Shown in pieces: positions 18,884-28,822 of a stretch of 64,000 nt of DNA. Each line of letters begins with the position of its first letter. Positions within the stretch are counted from its first letter, which is position 1. Below the pieces are notes generated by a model. That model saw only the letters and a program-made list of their open reading frames with translations. It was not told the origin of the DNA and made no database searches. Made by a program: the position numbers and the translations under genes. Source of the DNA: Minisyncoccia bacterium (lineage in GTDB: Bacteria > Patescibacteriota > Minisyncoccia > Phycocordibacterales > UBA9973); the NCBI GenBank assembly GCA_965656375.1, contig CBFHKH010000001.1, positions 580,291-644,290 of the forward strand. The letters run 5' to 3'.

Positions 18884-19822
18884 TTAATTCATACAGTTCT
18901 TAGCAAGGGGCTGCACAGCTAAGACCATTTTTTCATAGTTTTCTTTTGCTTTCTGTTCAGCAGCTTGAGCAAAATCTTCACCTTTACTTGCAAAAATTAT
19001 CTCAGAGCCGTTATTTATAGCCATACTCCCCCAGCCGGCAAACCCACCAGCTATAGTTTCAGCAATAGCACCACCTTGTGTACCTACGGCTGGCACCAAA
19101 AACCAAAGCTTATCGCCGACAATATTACGACACTGCACCAAATGATCATTGTGTATATTCCCAGAACCTTTCGGGTTCTCGTATGCTGCAGCCATAACCA
19201 GGCCTGCATCTTCAACAATTTTCAATTCTTCGGCCCAGGCTAAAGTGCGCTTCGCAATAAATTGCCAATATGGTTCACCAGTAGCAAGTAATGGGTCCTG
19301 AACTTCACGGGCATCTGGATTGCTTGTGTAGCACAATCCTACAATTGCTCTTCTCGGATAGTCTGCATTTATCAATGCCTTCATACAGCTTTTGCCCATA
19401 TACGGAGAAAAATTCATACCCTCAGCACCATCTTTTTCGAAATGGGCGATCTGGTACATTTCCTGCGTGGCATCGATATCACCACGTTTGCAATCCAGAA
19501 AAACGGGAATATCAGGATAATTCTTTTTAATATAGTCAATAACCATTTTCAACGCATACTGCCCGTATTTTCCCAAAGCTTCGTAGTGTGCTTTCTGCAG
19601 TTTGAACATACAGGCATACTTTGCTGTAGCATCAACTATTTTAATCATCCAGTTGGCAACGTCTTTTGCTAGTTGTAATCCATCATCAGACTTTTTCAAA
19701 ATAGTTTTCAGATGTACCGGCATATTTGCTACTTTCGGATCTAACCCTACACAAAGCAGGGAGAGTGTTTTGCGCTGTCTTATAGTAAGACGATAGCGAA
19801 AAGAATCAGTAATGTTGGTCAT
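18884..19822 (-). CDS. pyrF: orotidine 5'-phosphate decarboxylase, type 2 (long form)
   Basis: 312 aa. LCVGLDP N-terminal motif and FLDCKRGDI (D-x-K-x-x-D) catalytic motif of type-2 OMP decarboxylases. Confidence 0.8.
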   Translation of the reverse strand: MTNITDSFRYRLTIRQRKTLSLLCVGLDPKVANMPVHLKTILKKSDDGLQLAKDVANWMIKIVDATAKYACMFKLQKAHYEALGKYGQYALKMVIDYIKKNYPDIPVFLDCKRGDIDATQEMYQIAHFEKDGAEGMNFSPYMGKSCMKALINADYPRRAIVGLCYTSNPDAREVQDPLLATGEPYWQFIAKRTLAWAEELKIVEDAGLVMAAAYENPKGSGNIHNDHLVQCRNIVGDKLWFLVPAVGTQGGAIAETIAGGFAGWGSMAINNGSEIIFASKGEDFAQAAEQKAKENYEKMVLAVQPLAKNCMN

Positions 19823-19951
19823 AAATTGTTTTTTAAGTTGGTTTACATTATTGTTTGATTTGAAAGCCTAAATGGCACTCAAATCAAACAACAAAAACCA
19901 TCACAATTTGGTGTGATTCTACAGTAAGTATTTATATTAGTCAAATAAAAA

Positions 19952-20341
19952 TTAAAGGAGGGAAATTATCTTCGGTAAGAATATAAGAATACCAACTATA
20001 CCAGCGATTATAACTGCAACAGAGACTGCTCCAGCAGCGACGTCTTTTGTATCGCGAGCATACGGATGGTATGTAGGGGATGTAAGATCGATATCTATCT
20101 CTATCGCTGTATTTATCATTTCAAAAAGAATTACAAGACCAATAACGAGAATAATAAAAATCCATTCAGTGTTTGATATATGTAATACAAAGCCCAAATA
20201 TATGGCAAGTACTCCAAAGAAAAGATGCATCCATGCATTGTGAGTAGTTCGGAGAAAGATAGTAATCCCCCGGAATGCATGAGTTGTACTCTTGATCCGA
20301 GCAACAATTGAAAATCGTTTCTTTTCTGGCATTTCTTCCAT
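19952..20341 (-). CDS. dgkA: diacylglycerol/undecaprenol kinase family protein (DgkA-like), three TM helices
   Basis: The start is placed at the internal Met (MEEMPEKKRF...), since the track ORF 19952-20551 overlaps rplB. Motifs AFRGITIFLRTTHNAWMH and EMINTAIEIDIDL match the prokaryotic DAGK family. Confidence 0.65.
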   Translation of the reverse strand: MEEMPEKKRFSIVARIKSTTHAFRGITIFLRTTHNAWMHLFFGVLAIYLGFVLHISNTEWIFIILVIGLVILFEMINTAIEIDIDLTSPTYHPYARDTKDVAAGAVSVAVIIAGIVGILIFLPKIISLL

Positions 20342-20405
20342 ATAACTAGTATACAACAAAAAATACCCCCAGGGGGTATTTTTTGTTGATAGAGAGTATT
20401 TGATG

Positions 20406-21251
20406 CTATTTCTTTGACTTTCCAACCTTTCGGCGAGAAACGATCCACATGTTTGAGTACTTCTTTGGGGTACGAGTCTTCTGGCCTTTTCCAGACGGCT
20501 TACCCCAGAGAGTCTTCGCGCGGCGGAGACCTCGTCCTTGTGCACCTTCACCTCCTCCGTATGGGTGGTCTACTGGGTTCATGGCAGATCCACGAACTGT
20601 TGGGCGGATACCCTTCCAGCGTGAACGCCCTGCTTTACCAAAGTTTTGTAATTTAAATTCAGAGTTTGAAACTTCACCGATACATGCGTAGCAGTTTTCA
20701 GAAACCTTGCGGACTTCTGTTGATGGCATCTTGATGTTGGTGTATCCGAGGTCGTTCGCCACTACCTGACCGAATGTTCCTGCACTTCGTGCAAGCTTTG
20801 CGCCATTGCCTGGCTTGATTTCAATGTTGTATACAAATGTTCCAACAGGAATGAATTTGAGTGGAAGACGATTCGCAGTTGTGAGAGGAACTTTCTCACC
20901 GACGATAAATTTGTCGCCTACTTTGACTGACTTTGGAACTACCACATAACGCTTCTCGCCGTCAGCATATACGGAAAGACCGATGAATGCATTACGATTT
21001 GGATCGTATTCAATCGATGTGATCTTTGCAGGAATATCGCGCTTGTCATACATGAAGTCGATGTCGCGGTAGAGACGCTTGTGTCCGCCACCTTTATGAC
21101 GAGTTGTGATTCGTCCTTGGTTGTTGCGTCCGACAGAGCGCTTGAATCCTTTGGTCAAAGATTTTGTAGGCTTTGTTTTGGTCAAAACATTACGGTATGA
21201 AACCGTTGTCTGGTGACGCTTTGATGGTGTTGTTGGTTTATACGTTTTCAT
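20406..21251 (-). CDS. rplB: 50S ribosomal protein L2
   Basis: 281 aa. L2 signature including GGGHKR.YR and the C-terminal HPYGGGEG. Confidence 0.95.
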   Translation of the reverse strand: MKTYKPTTPSKRHQTTVSYRNVLTKTKPTKSLTKGFKRSVGRNNQGRITTRHKGGGHKRLYRDIDFMYDKRDIPAKITSIEYDPNRNAFIGLSVYADGEKRYVVVPKSVKVGDKFIVGEKVPLTTANRLPLKFIPVGTFVYNIEIKPGNGAKLARSAGTFGQVVANDLGYTNIKMPSTEVRKVSENCYACIGEVSNSEFKLQNFGKAGRSRWKGIRPTVRGSAMNPVDHPYGGGEGAQGRGLRRAKTLWGKPSGKGQKTRTPKKYSNMWIVSRRKVGKSKK

Positions 21252-21253
21252 AA

Positions 21254-21598
21254 TTATGCAAATGTTATCTTATCACCTTTTTTGAGATGAACGACTGCTT
21301 TCTTGCCACCACCTTTGACTCCAAGGATGTTGCGTCGCATTACGACTTTTGATGTGATCTGAGTGATAGAGATTTTCACTGGAGTAACTCCATAGAGCAT
21401 CTTTATCGCTTTCTTGATCTCGCTCTTGTTTGCTGATGGAAGAACGTTAAATGTGTATGCACCGCGTTCTGCATCAAGCGCAGACTTCTCAGTAATGCGA
21501 GGACTCTTTATGAGCGGATGTGATGCGACTTTTTTAGTCTCTGCCACTTCTTTAGTGCTACTTTTTTTAGTTTTTGTTGTTTTATTATTCATGGCCAT
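21254..21598 (-). CDS. rplW: 50S ribosomal protein L23
   Basis: 114 aa. Basic N-terminal extension, then the L23 core (ITEKS.....YTF.V). Confidence 0.85.
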   Translation of the reverse strand: MAMNNKTTKTKKSSTKEVAETKKVASHPLIKSPRITEKSALDAERGAYTFNVLPSANKSEIKKAIKMLYGVTPVKISITQITSKVVMRRNILGVKGGGKKAVVHLKKGDKITFA

Positions 21599-21620
21599 AA
21601 TACCTGCCTGCGCAGGCAGG

Positions 21621-22295
21621 TTATTTTAGTTTCTTCTCAGTTTTGCCTCCCAAGAAAGCAATACTCTCTGTAGGCTGAGCGATGATAATGTATCGGTATG
21701 AAAGAAGATCAACTGGGTTGATATTGCGAACTTCATCGATCTCTACCGTTGGGATGTTTGCAAAACTCTTCTTGAGCGTATCTCCTTTTGCAGGAACAGT
21801 GATGTATGTATTTGGTTTCTTGCCACCAACGATTCTTTCGAATCCTTTGATACCTGAAAGATCTTTCATGACTGCGACTGCGTCTTTTGTCTTGATGTTC
21901 TTGAGTGCAAGTTCTTCTACGAAAATGAGCTGACCTTTGCGGAGCTTTTCAGATAAAACAGTGTAGAGAGCCTTTGCGCGCATCTTTTTGTTGATCTTTT
22001 GTTCGTAACTCTTTTCGTTGCGTGGACCATGTGTAATACCTCCACCTTTCCAGATTGGAGAACGAGATGACCCATGACGAGCACGTCCTGTTCCCTTTTG
22101 TTTCCATGGCTTCTTACCTCCACCGCGAACTTCACCGCGAGTTTTTGTATGCGCAACAGGAGTACGAGCATTTGCTTGCATCGCAGTTACTACCTGGTGA
22201 ACAAGGTCACCATTCCATGCAACACCGAAGATTGATTCAGGAAGTTTAAGAGAGCCGACAGATTTTCCTTTTTGATTGTAGATTTGTGTTTCCAT
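21621..22295 (-). CDS. rplD: 50S ribosomal protein L4
   Basis: 224 aa. L4 family (KPWKQKGTGRARHGS). Confidence 0.92.
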   Translation of the reverse strand: METQIYNQKGKSVGSLKLPESIFGVAWNGDLVHQVVTAMQANARTPVAHTKTRGEVRGGGKKPWKQKGTGRARHGSSRSPIWKGGGITHGPRNEKSYEQKINKKMRAKALYTVLSEKLRKGQLIFVEELALKNIKTKDAVAVMKDLSGIKGFERIVGGKKPNTYITVPAKGDTLKKSFANIPTVEIDEVRNINPVDLLSYRYIIIAQPTESIAFLGGKTEKKLK

Positions 22296-22301
22296 ACTAT
22301 T

Positions 22302-22937
22302 TTAGCCGATTATTTCTACAAGCGTTCCCTTGCGTCCTGGGATCGCGCCTTTAATAAGGAGCTGATTGTTTTCTGCATCAACACCAACGACCTCTAGATT
22401 CTTTATTGTGATTCGGTCACCTCCAGTACGGCCCGCCATGCGCATTCCTTTTGGAACTTTATTGCGAAGACCGCCTCCGATAGAACCTGGCTCGCGCTCA
22501 GAGTGTTTCTGACCGTGAGAACGTGGTCCTCCGTGGAATCCATGGCGCTTCACAACGCCCTGGAATCCTTTACCTTTTGAAAGTCCAGAGATTGTAACCA
22601 TGTCGCCTTTTGCAAATGCACCGACAGTAATTCTGTCTCCCACTGCAATTTCTTCGATATCGCGGAATTCGCGAAGATGCTTGTATGCACCTGCCTGCGC
22701 AGGCATGCCTTCTTCGTTTTTTGCTGATTTTGATACATGACCGAGATGCGCTTTTGTTGCACGGCTTGTTTTCTGTTCATCGTATGCTACTTGTACTGCA
22801 GTATAGCCATCAGTATCAGGATTCTTGACCTGAGTGACAACAAGTGGGCCCGCCTGTATGACAGTCGTTGGGACCACTGTGCCATCAGATAGAAAGCACT
22901 GCATCATATGCTGTTTTTTACCAAGGATAAATTTCAT
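22302..22937 (-). CDS. rplC: 50S ribosomal protein L3
   Basis: 211 aa. L3 family (GKGFQGVVKRHGF.GG). Confidence 0.92.
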   Translation of the reverse strand: MKFILGKKQHMMQCFLSDGTVVPTTVIQAGPLVVTQVKNPDTDGYTAVQVAYDEQKTSRATKAHLGHVSKSAKNEEGMPAQAGAYKHLREFRDIEEIAVGDRITVGAFAKGDMVTISGLSKGKGFQGVVKRHGFHGGPRSHGQKHSEREPGSIGGGLRNKVPKGMRMAGRTGGDRITIKNLEVVGVDAENNQLLIKGAIPGRKGTLVEIIG

Positions 22938-22989
22938 AATTTTAATTCTTATTTTCTAACAGCTAATAGCTAGTTGCTAGAAGCTATTC

Positions 22990-23352
22990 TTACATCATTT
23001 TCACATCAATATCGACACCAGAAGGGAGCGATAGATTTGTGAGTGCCTCGATAGTCTTCGGATTAGGATTCAAGATATCGATAACACGCTTGTGGATTCT
23101 GATCTCAAACTGTTCACGTGCATTCTTAAATACGAATGATGCTCGGTTCACAGTGTATTTCTTGATCTCAGTTGGAAGTGGAATCGGGCCGACAATCTTT
23201 GCATCATAGCGGAGAGCCGTATCAATGATCTGCTTGACGGATGCGTCAAGGATCTTGTTCTCATATGCTCGCACGCGGATGCGGAGAGAGACGACTGCGT
23301 CATCTTTTGCTTTCTTCACAACCTTCTTTTTAGTTTTTAATTCTGTTGCCAT
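22990..23352 (-). CDS. rpsJ: 30S ribosomal protein S10
   Basis: 120 aa. IRIRVRAYENKILD..V..I......GPIPLPT S10 signature after a short basic N-terminal extension. Confidence 0.92.
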   Translation of the reverse strand: MATELKTKKKVVKKAKDDAVVSLRIRVRAYENKILDASVKQIIDTALRYDAKIVGPIPLPTEIKKYTVNRASFVFKNAREQFEIRIHKRVIDILNPNPKTIEALTNLSLPSGVDIDVKMM

Positions 23353-23371
23353 AATGGGGTAGCGTTTCGCT

Positions 23372-23418
23372 TCTAGAGAGTAGCTCGTTCACATTTCTGT
23401 GATGAGCTACTCTCTAGA
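23372..23418 (-). promoter_or_regulatory. 15-bp-stem hairpin between tuf and rpsJ (processing or attenuation element)
   Basis: tctagagagtagctc ...17-nt loop... gagctactctctaga. Perfect stem and no trailing U-tract, so read-through into rpsJ is expected. Confidence 0.5.
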
Positions 23419-23430
23419 GGCTAGTAGCTA

Positions 23431-24633
23431 TTATTTGATGATCTTTGTTACAACACCAGCACCGACAGTCTTACCACCTTCACGGATAGCGAAGTGCTGC
23501 TGCTCTTCAAGAGCGACAGGAGTTACGAGTTTTACTGAAAGCTTTACTGTATCACCTGGCATGACCATCTCTACTCCGGTTGGAAGTGTAGATTCACCAG
23601 TAACGTCTGTAGTACGAATGTAGAACTGAGGCTTGTATCCAGTAAAGAATGGAGTGTGGCGACCACCTTCTTCCTTCTTCAAGATGTATACTTCACACTC
23701 GAATTCTGCGTGGGGAGTAACAGTGCCTGGCTTACAGAGAACCTGACCGCGAGTGATGTCTTCTTTCTTGATACCACGGATTAGTATTCCAGCATTATCG
23801 CCAGCCATACCCTGTTTCAAGTTCTTGTTGAACATTTCGATACCAGTAACTGTAGTCTTTGCAGTATCCTTGATACCAACGATTTCAACTTCTTCACCGA
23901 CGTTTACAACGCCGCGCTCAATTTTACCAGTTACCACTGTACCGCGACCTTCAATTGAGAAGATGTCTTCGATCGGCATAAGGAATGGCTTTGTAACATC
24001 ACGCTCTGGTGTAGGAATGTATGTATCAAGTGCGTTTGCAAGATCAAGAATCTTTGTTGCCCATGAATCAGAGTTGTCTGCTGATTCAAGTGCTTTAAGA
24101 GCTGAACCACGGATAACTGGAGCAGTTGCGCCATCAAAGCCTTGTTTTGTAAGGAGTTCACGAACTTCTTCTTCAACGAGGTCAAGCATATCTGCATCAT
24201 CAACCATGTCGCACTTGTTGAGGAATACGATGATCTTTGGAACACCAACCTGCTTTGCAAGAAGAATGTGTTCACGAGTCTGTGGCATCACGCCGTCAGT
24301 AGCAGCTACGACGATAACAGCACCGTCCATCTGGGCAGCACCTGTAATCATGTTTTTGATGTAGTCAGCGTGTCCTGGAGCATCGATGTGCGCATAGTGA
24401 CGTGCTGGTGTCCAATACTCGTTGTGAGAAAGAGCGATCGTGATACCACGAGCCTTTTCTTCTGGAGCTGAGTCGATTTGATCTACGCCTTTAATTTTAG
24501 CACCATATTCACCACCCTGTCGTGAAAGAACATGGAGGATAGCCGCTGTTAATGTTGTCTTTCCATGGTCAACGTGACCAATGGTTCCCACATTTACGTG
24601 TGGCTTATCTCTGTTAAACTCTTCTGTTGCCAT
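23431..24633 (-). CDS. tuf: elongation factor Tu
   Basis: 400 aa. [10 protein letters not shown]-loop, DAPGHADY and NKCD G-motifs; near-universal EF-Tu sequence. Confidence 0.98.
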   Translation of the reverse strand: MATEEFNRDKPHVNVGTIGHVDHGKTTLTAAILHVLSRQGGEYGAKIKGVDQIDSAPEEKARGITIALSHNEYWTPARHYAHIDAPGHADYIKNMITGAAQMDGAVIVVAATDGVMPQTREHILLAKQVGVPKIIVFLNKCDMVDDADMLDLVEEEVRELLTKQGFDGATAPVIRGSALKALESADNSDSWATKILDLANALDTYIPTPERDVTKPFLMPIEDIFSIEGRGTVVTGKIERGVVNVGEEVEIVGIKDTAKTTVTGIEMFNKNLKQGMAGDNAGILIRGIKKEDITRGQVLCKPGTVTPHAEFECEVYILKKEEGGRHTPFFTGYKPQFYIRTTDVTGESTLPTGVEMVMPGDTVKLSVKLVTPVALEEQQHFAIREGGKTVGAGVVTKIIK

Positions 24634-24811
24634 ATTGTTTTATTGGTTGATATTCATGACAGAGCATATGAGAAATGGCTCTATCCTAAATACCAACATA
24701 AATTACTAATAAATTAAAAACGCACATTCATGCGATTGCTCTATACTATCAGATATAGGAATAAAGTCAAATACACCCCACCGAGTATCGGTAAGGGTGT
24801 ATTTTAATTAT

Positions 24812-25672
24812 TTAACCTTCTATATAGACTGGTCTAATACATTTTTTTGCTTCGGTAGTGAGGGTAGATTTATATGATGCAGTATTTGTAGCATTACAGT
24901 CAGTATGACAACTTGGATCATTTATATCAATCCACAAATCTCCGTCATTATCCTTGCCATCAGCACATTCTGCTTTTGGTGGAGGATTGTCCCCACCGCC
25001 GCCATCACCAGGACTTATTGGTAACACAATAACTGTTGCTTGAGCTTGTGCAGAGCCTGCTTGGCCTACACATGTAACCGTATATGTAGTTGTCATAGTA
25101 AGACTTGCTTGCGTAGTACCAGCCGTTGCTCCATTTGTATTGAAGCCCGCACCAGTACATGAGTTTGCGTTTGTTGAACCCCAGGCAAGCGTAGTAGTAC
25201 CTCCGCCAAATGGGAACGCGCTCGGATTCGCAGTCAACGTTGCAGTGATGCTGTTTTGATTTTGAGAATTTACAACTACGGTCACTTGATCTGAAGCGTT
25301 TGCGGATCCTGCTTTAAAGCAGACAATCTGGTACGAATATGACCCAGCGGAAAGTCCAGACATCGTTTCGCTTCCACCCGCTGCTGCTTTTAATCCGCTC
25401 CATGAAGCGAATGCACTACAGCTATCAGGCGTTCCCGTTGTAGTCCACGTGAGGACTGTCTGATTCGTCGGAAGCGTCATCGAAGCAGGATTTGCCGTTA
25501 TATTTACGGTAATAACTGGAGGAGGAGTTGCTGTTACACTATAGGGAATACTGTGACTCGTATAAACCCATGTTGCTGAAGCAATCTTTGGAGTAGTAGC
25601 GATAAAGAAAACAAGAACGCTAAATGCTAGGAATGTAATTGTGTGTAGTGTTTTTTTCATAATTATATTCAT
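24812..25672 (-). CDS. exported surface protein with two ~85-aa tandem internal repeats and a C-terminal Cys/Asp-rich module
   Basis: Signal peptide MKKTLHTITFLAFSVLVFFIATTPKIASA. Repeats TANPASMTLPTNQTVLTWTTTGTPDSCSAFASW and TANPSAFPFGGGTTTLAWGSTNANSCTGAGF. C-terminal CADGKDNDGDLWIDINDPSCHTDC resembles Ca-binding Asp-rich loops. Confidence 0.55.
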   Translation of the reverse strand: MNIIMKKTLHTITFLAFSVLVFFIATTPKIASATWVYTSHSIPYSVTATPPPVITVNITANPASMTLPTNQTVLTWTTTGTPDSCSAFASWSGLKAAAGGSETMSGLSAGSYSYQIVCFKAGSANASDQVTVVVNSQNQNSITATLTANPSAFPFGGGTTTLAWGSTNANSCTGAGFNTNGATAGTTQASLTMTTTYTVTCVGQAGSAQAQATVIVLPISPGDGGGGDNPPPKAECADGKDNDGDLWIDINDPSCHTDCNATNTASYKSTLTTEAKKCIRPVYIEG

Positions 25673-25677
25673 AGTTA

Positions 25678-26619
25678 TTAATTACATGCCCCAGCAGGAG
25701 TTGGGCAATAGTTACTTTGAGTAAATGGTGCATGTCCTGGGCAGAATGGTCGATTTTGAGGATTAGTAAGGTATCTACATGCAGTTGGAATAGTTCCTTC
25801 AGCATTAGGATCCATTATTCTATATCCACCCCCATCAACACATGGCTTATTGTTACCTGCTGTAATAGTTCCATCACATACTTGAGTACCAGGTTGGTAG
25901 TTCTGCGTAGCATCTCCACATGCCCATGAAAGACTAGTGTGATCAACCCAACCATGATCGAATCCATGTACTCCGTAAAATTCTCCCATCACACTTTGGC
26001 TTGCATTTGCCGGTATGATAAAGTCGGCATATTGCGGAGGGTTGTTTGTTGTTTGAAGACCACCTGGTAGAGCTCCACTTGCATTACCCACAAGAGCAAC
26101 AGTGACAGTCACTTGTGGGTGTTGTGCTGGACCAATCCAGATCACACCTCCAAAGCGGAATGTTCCTACGAATCTGACATATGCCTGACATGAGCCTGGT
26201 GGTACAATTATTTCTTCATCATCTACACCGGTTTTGAACGTGACTGAATAGTTACCAGCAGGAGAAGGTGAGGCAAAGTTTACAGAATCATAAAATGGAC
26301 CAAGGAATCCTCCTTGATTGAGAGTCTGAGTTGGTATAAGCGTATAGCTTGTTCCACCATTATTCTGAGCGACAAGATTAACCGTCTTTGTAGTACATGT
26401 TGAGATACCCATAAAAGCTGAAACTTCAAATGTAGTTGGATTTCCTTCTTGATACGGACCATTTGGCGGACCAATAGTAACAACAGAAGGAATATTCCCT
26501 CCATCAGAGCATGCATATGAATAGGTATCAGCATGCGCAGTTTGTGCGACTACTAACCCTGTAAAGAGTACTACGAGCGTAAAGAAACTATATTTAAAAT
26601 TTGTTAGAAGTTTTTTCAT
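25678..26619 (-). CDS. exported Cys-rich protein, unknown function
   Basis: 313 aa. Signal peptide ...LVVAQTAHA; Gly/Pro/Thr-rich mature part with 14 Cys. Confidence 0.55.
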   Translation of the reverse strand: MKKLLTNFKYSFFTLVVLFTGLVVAQTAHADTYSYACSDGGNIPSVVTIGPPNGPYQEGNPTTFEVSAFMGISTCTTKTVNLVAQNNGGTSYTLIPTQTLNQGGFLGPFYDSVNFASPSPAGNYSVTFKTGVDDEEIIVPPGSCQAYVRFVGTFRFGGVIWIGPAQHPQVTVTVALVGNASGALPGGLQTTNNPPQYADFIIPANASQSVMGEFYGVHGFDHGWVDHTSLSWACGDATQNYQPGTQVCDGTITAGNNKPCVDGGGYRIMDPNAEGTIPTACRYLTNPQNRPFCPGHAPFTQSNYCPTPAGACN

Positions 26620-26624
26620 AATTA

Positions 26625-27893
26625 TTACATTTCTGCCTTAGAACCTTTTCTCTTACTAATATAAATACCAACACCAATAACAGCGAGCAGTGCTACAATG
26701 ATACCTACAGTCAGGCGCTTGCTTAATGGTTTCACTTCGGGTTGAATTCCACTTGTAAATGCAAAATCTTTTTGATCGAGCGTGTTGCCGTCCTTATCTG
26801 TGATTGTTACCGCAAGTTGTGGGTTTTTACATGTTGTTTTTATAGTAAACGGTATCGTTGTCAGTGGATTGTTCCGATCTTGCTCTAGTACTTGTGAAAT
26901 AGGATCTATACATTCTCTTCCATTCTCATTTATCATCTGAGCAGATACAGTAACAGCTGGAAGATCTGTCGCTTTCGTTATGCTTCGTGCAAAAGTACCT
27001 GCTGAAGCTGACCAGAGGAGTGAAAATGATCCTGATTCGTTCGCTCTATAGTAATCCTTGCTAAGAGATACATTCTGGATAGTCGCATTTACACCCTGGA
27101 TGATGTAGCGAAGGAAAATAGCATTTGAATTAACAATACCATTTGTGAGAAATACTGAGAGATTATAGAACTGTGGAGTTGTCCCTTTTGGCAATACAAT
27201 CGAAAAACTCTCGTTTTTTTGAGCACCAAATGATATTGGCATCATATCTCCTCCAACCTCAGGAGAAAGTTTCCCTTGAGCGAAAGAATATTCTGTTTTA
27301 AAAACAGGAGTTAGTGACAACGCATCAGTAGAGTTGTTTCTCGTATTACAGGTAAGTCGAAGTTGTTCATCTTTTGAAATATCTACATTCTCGAGCAAAT
27401 TGTAGTGCGTATTCTTAGCATCTCCTTCAATTTTTAAATAACAAGAATTAGGTAGAATTTCGAACCCTTTTGAAGATGACTCCAAGGTTACTTTCCCAAG
27501 TGAGACTACTCCAAACGGAAAGTTACTCTCATTGCTGCTTATTAAATAAAGATTATATGCGCCTGTAAGTTGGCTTGGGGCGACATATGTAATTTCCTCA
27601 TTGAGAGTACTATTCTCATATAGTGTTATTGATTCATCATACAATTTTTGATCAGCGATATACTTACCGTCTGAAGAGAGGAGCTGCACTCCATACTTAA
27701 CTCCAGTCTGCAAGCCTTCTCTATTACTCAAACTAAATGAGATTAAGAAGGTATTTTTTTCCTGAGAAATTATCTTTTGATTTAAGATATTTACTGTTGC
27801 TACTGTAACTGATTCAGCTGCAAAGAGAGTACTTGTAGTAGATAAAAAAGAAAACAGGAGGAAGCTAGCAACGATACATTTTGATACTTTCAT
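26625..27893 (-). CDS. exported protein with C-terminal TM anchor (surface-anchored), unknown function
   Basis: 422 aa. N-terminal signal peptide, C-terminal LTVGIIVALLAVIGVGIYISKRKG hydrophobic anchor followed by a basic tail. Confidence 0.55.
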   Translation of the reverse strand: MKVSKCIVASFLLFSFLSTTSTLFAAESVTVATVNILNQKIISQEKNTFLISFSLSNREGLQTGVKYGVQLLSSDGKYIADQKLYDESITLYENSTLNEEITYVAPSQLTGAYNLYLISSNESNFPFGVVSLGKVTLESSSKGFEILPNSCYLKIEGDAKNTHYNLLENVDISKDEQLRLTCNTRNNSTDALSLTPVFKTEYSFAQGKLSPEVGGDMMPISFGAQKNESFSIVLPKGTTPQFYNLSVFLTNGIVNSNAIFLRYIIQGVNATIQNVSLSKDYYRANESGSFSLLWSASAGTFARSITKATDLPAVTVSAQMINENGRECIDPISQVLEQDRNNPLTTIPFTIKTTCKNPQLAVTITDKDGNTLDQKDFAFTSGIQPEVKPLSKRLTVGIIVALLAVIGVGIYISKRKGSKAEM

Positions 27894-28042
27894 AATAATA
27901 AGAGTTAGAGTGCGTTAATAATACTCTGTGATTATATCATTATTAGAATATGTGCGGTAGTAAAAAGTTATCCCCAAAAAGCAAAAAAGTGCCTCTGAAA
28001 TCAGAGACACTTTTAAAGTATAGAATAAAACAAAAACTACAG

Positions 28043-28822
28043 CTATAAAATCTTTCCAAACTCCTGGATGCGGATACGTTCGATGCCATCAGTATCGGTT
28101 TTTCTTTGTGATATATGCATTATGTTGTCATTCAGTAAACCTATTCCCCATGTGTTTGGCGGGCTAGTTGTATAACCGAAATTGATTTTCATATTTGTAT
28201 CACCTGGGTTTAAAAGCTGGTACCCATCTGTTCCAACACCTGATCCGGGAATTATTACTTGCCTGAGTGTAGGAGTTTGATACATATATACATTGTTATC
28301 CAGAGTACCATTGGTCATAGCGCCTGTACTTACTACGGTAATTGTATACGTTAGCATTTTCCATTTGGCATAACAGTGCCTGGCACTGTCCCATGATAAA
28401 TAACTCTGGTCCTTATCGTAGGTCTGCAATGTAATGCTTTTTGATACTAACTCGCTCATCGTTGATCCGTCAGCGCTTTTATTAAATGCGCTGAAAGGTA
28501 GTGTCAGGCCATCAGTTACATCTTTAATTATATACATATTCGTTCCGGGAATTTTCTGTACTGATGTTGGCACATTAATAAATTGCGCATCTGTTGCTAT
28601 GGTTACAGTATCCGGCTGATTTTTGTTCACTATTCCGCCATTATTAGACGTAACAGTCAGATATGCTGGCTTTGCAACAATTGGAGTGCCACCTGGGCCT
28701 CCTGTTCCGCCGGAACCGTTCTGGTTTAAGGCCTGAACTTCAGACTTTGGATTGCAGCTGTTAAAGCCCCACAGCATTAAGGGGATTACGATAGCCAAAA
28801 GGCTGTAGTTTAACTTTTTCAT
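28043..28822 (-). CDS. putative lipoprotein or exported protein
   Basis: Likely start at the internal MKKLNYSLLAIVIPLMLWGFNSC (lipobox-like ...GFNSC); the track ORF 28043-28870 has an extended N-terminus. Confidence 0.5.
   Translation of the reverse strand: MKKLNYSLLAIVIPLMLWGFNSCNPKSEVQALNQNGSGGTGGPGGTPIVAKPAYLTVTSNNGGIVNKNQPDTVTIATDAQFINVPTSVQKIPGTNMYIIKDVTDGLTLPFSAFNKSADGSTMSELVSKSITLQTYDKDQSYLSWDSARHCYAKWKMLTYTITVVSTGAMTNGTLDNNVYMYQTPTLRQVIIPGSGVGTDGYQLLNPGDTNMKINFGYTTSPPNTWGIGLLNDNIMHISQRKTDTDGIERIRIQEFGKIL

Noticed and set aside
23753-24364. 203-aa plus-strand ORF and 114-aa ORF at 23931-24275 inside tuf
   Set aside because: Antisense or alternative-frame shadows of EF-Tu, whose identity is unambiguous. 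Ser/Thr/Pro-rich low complexity.
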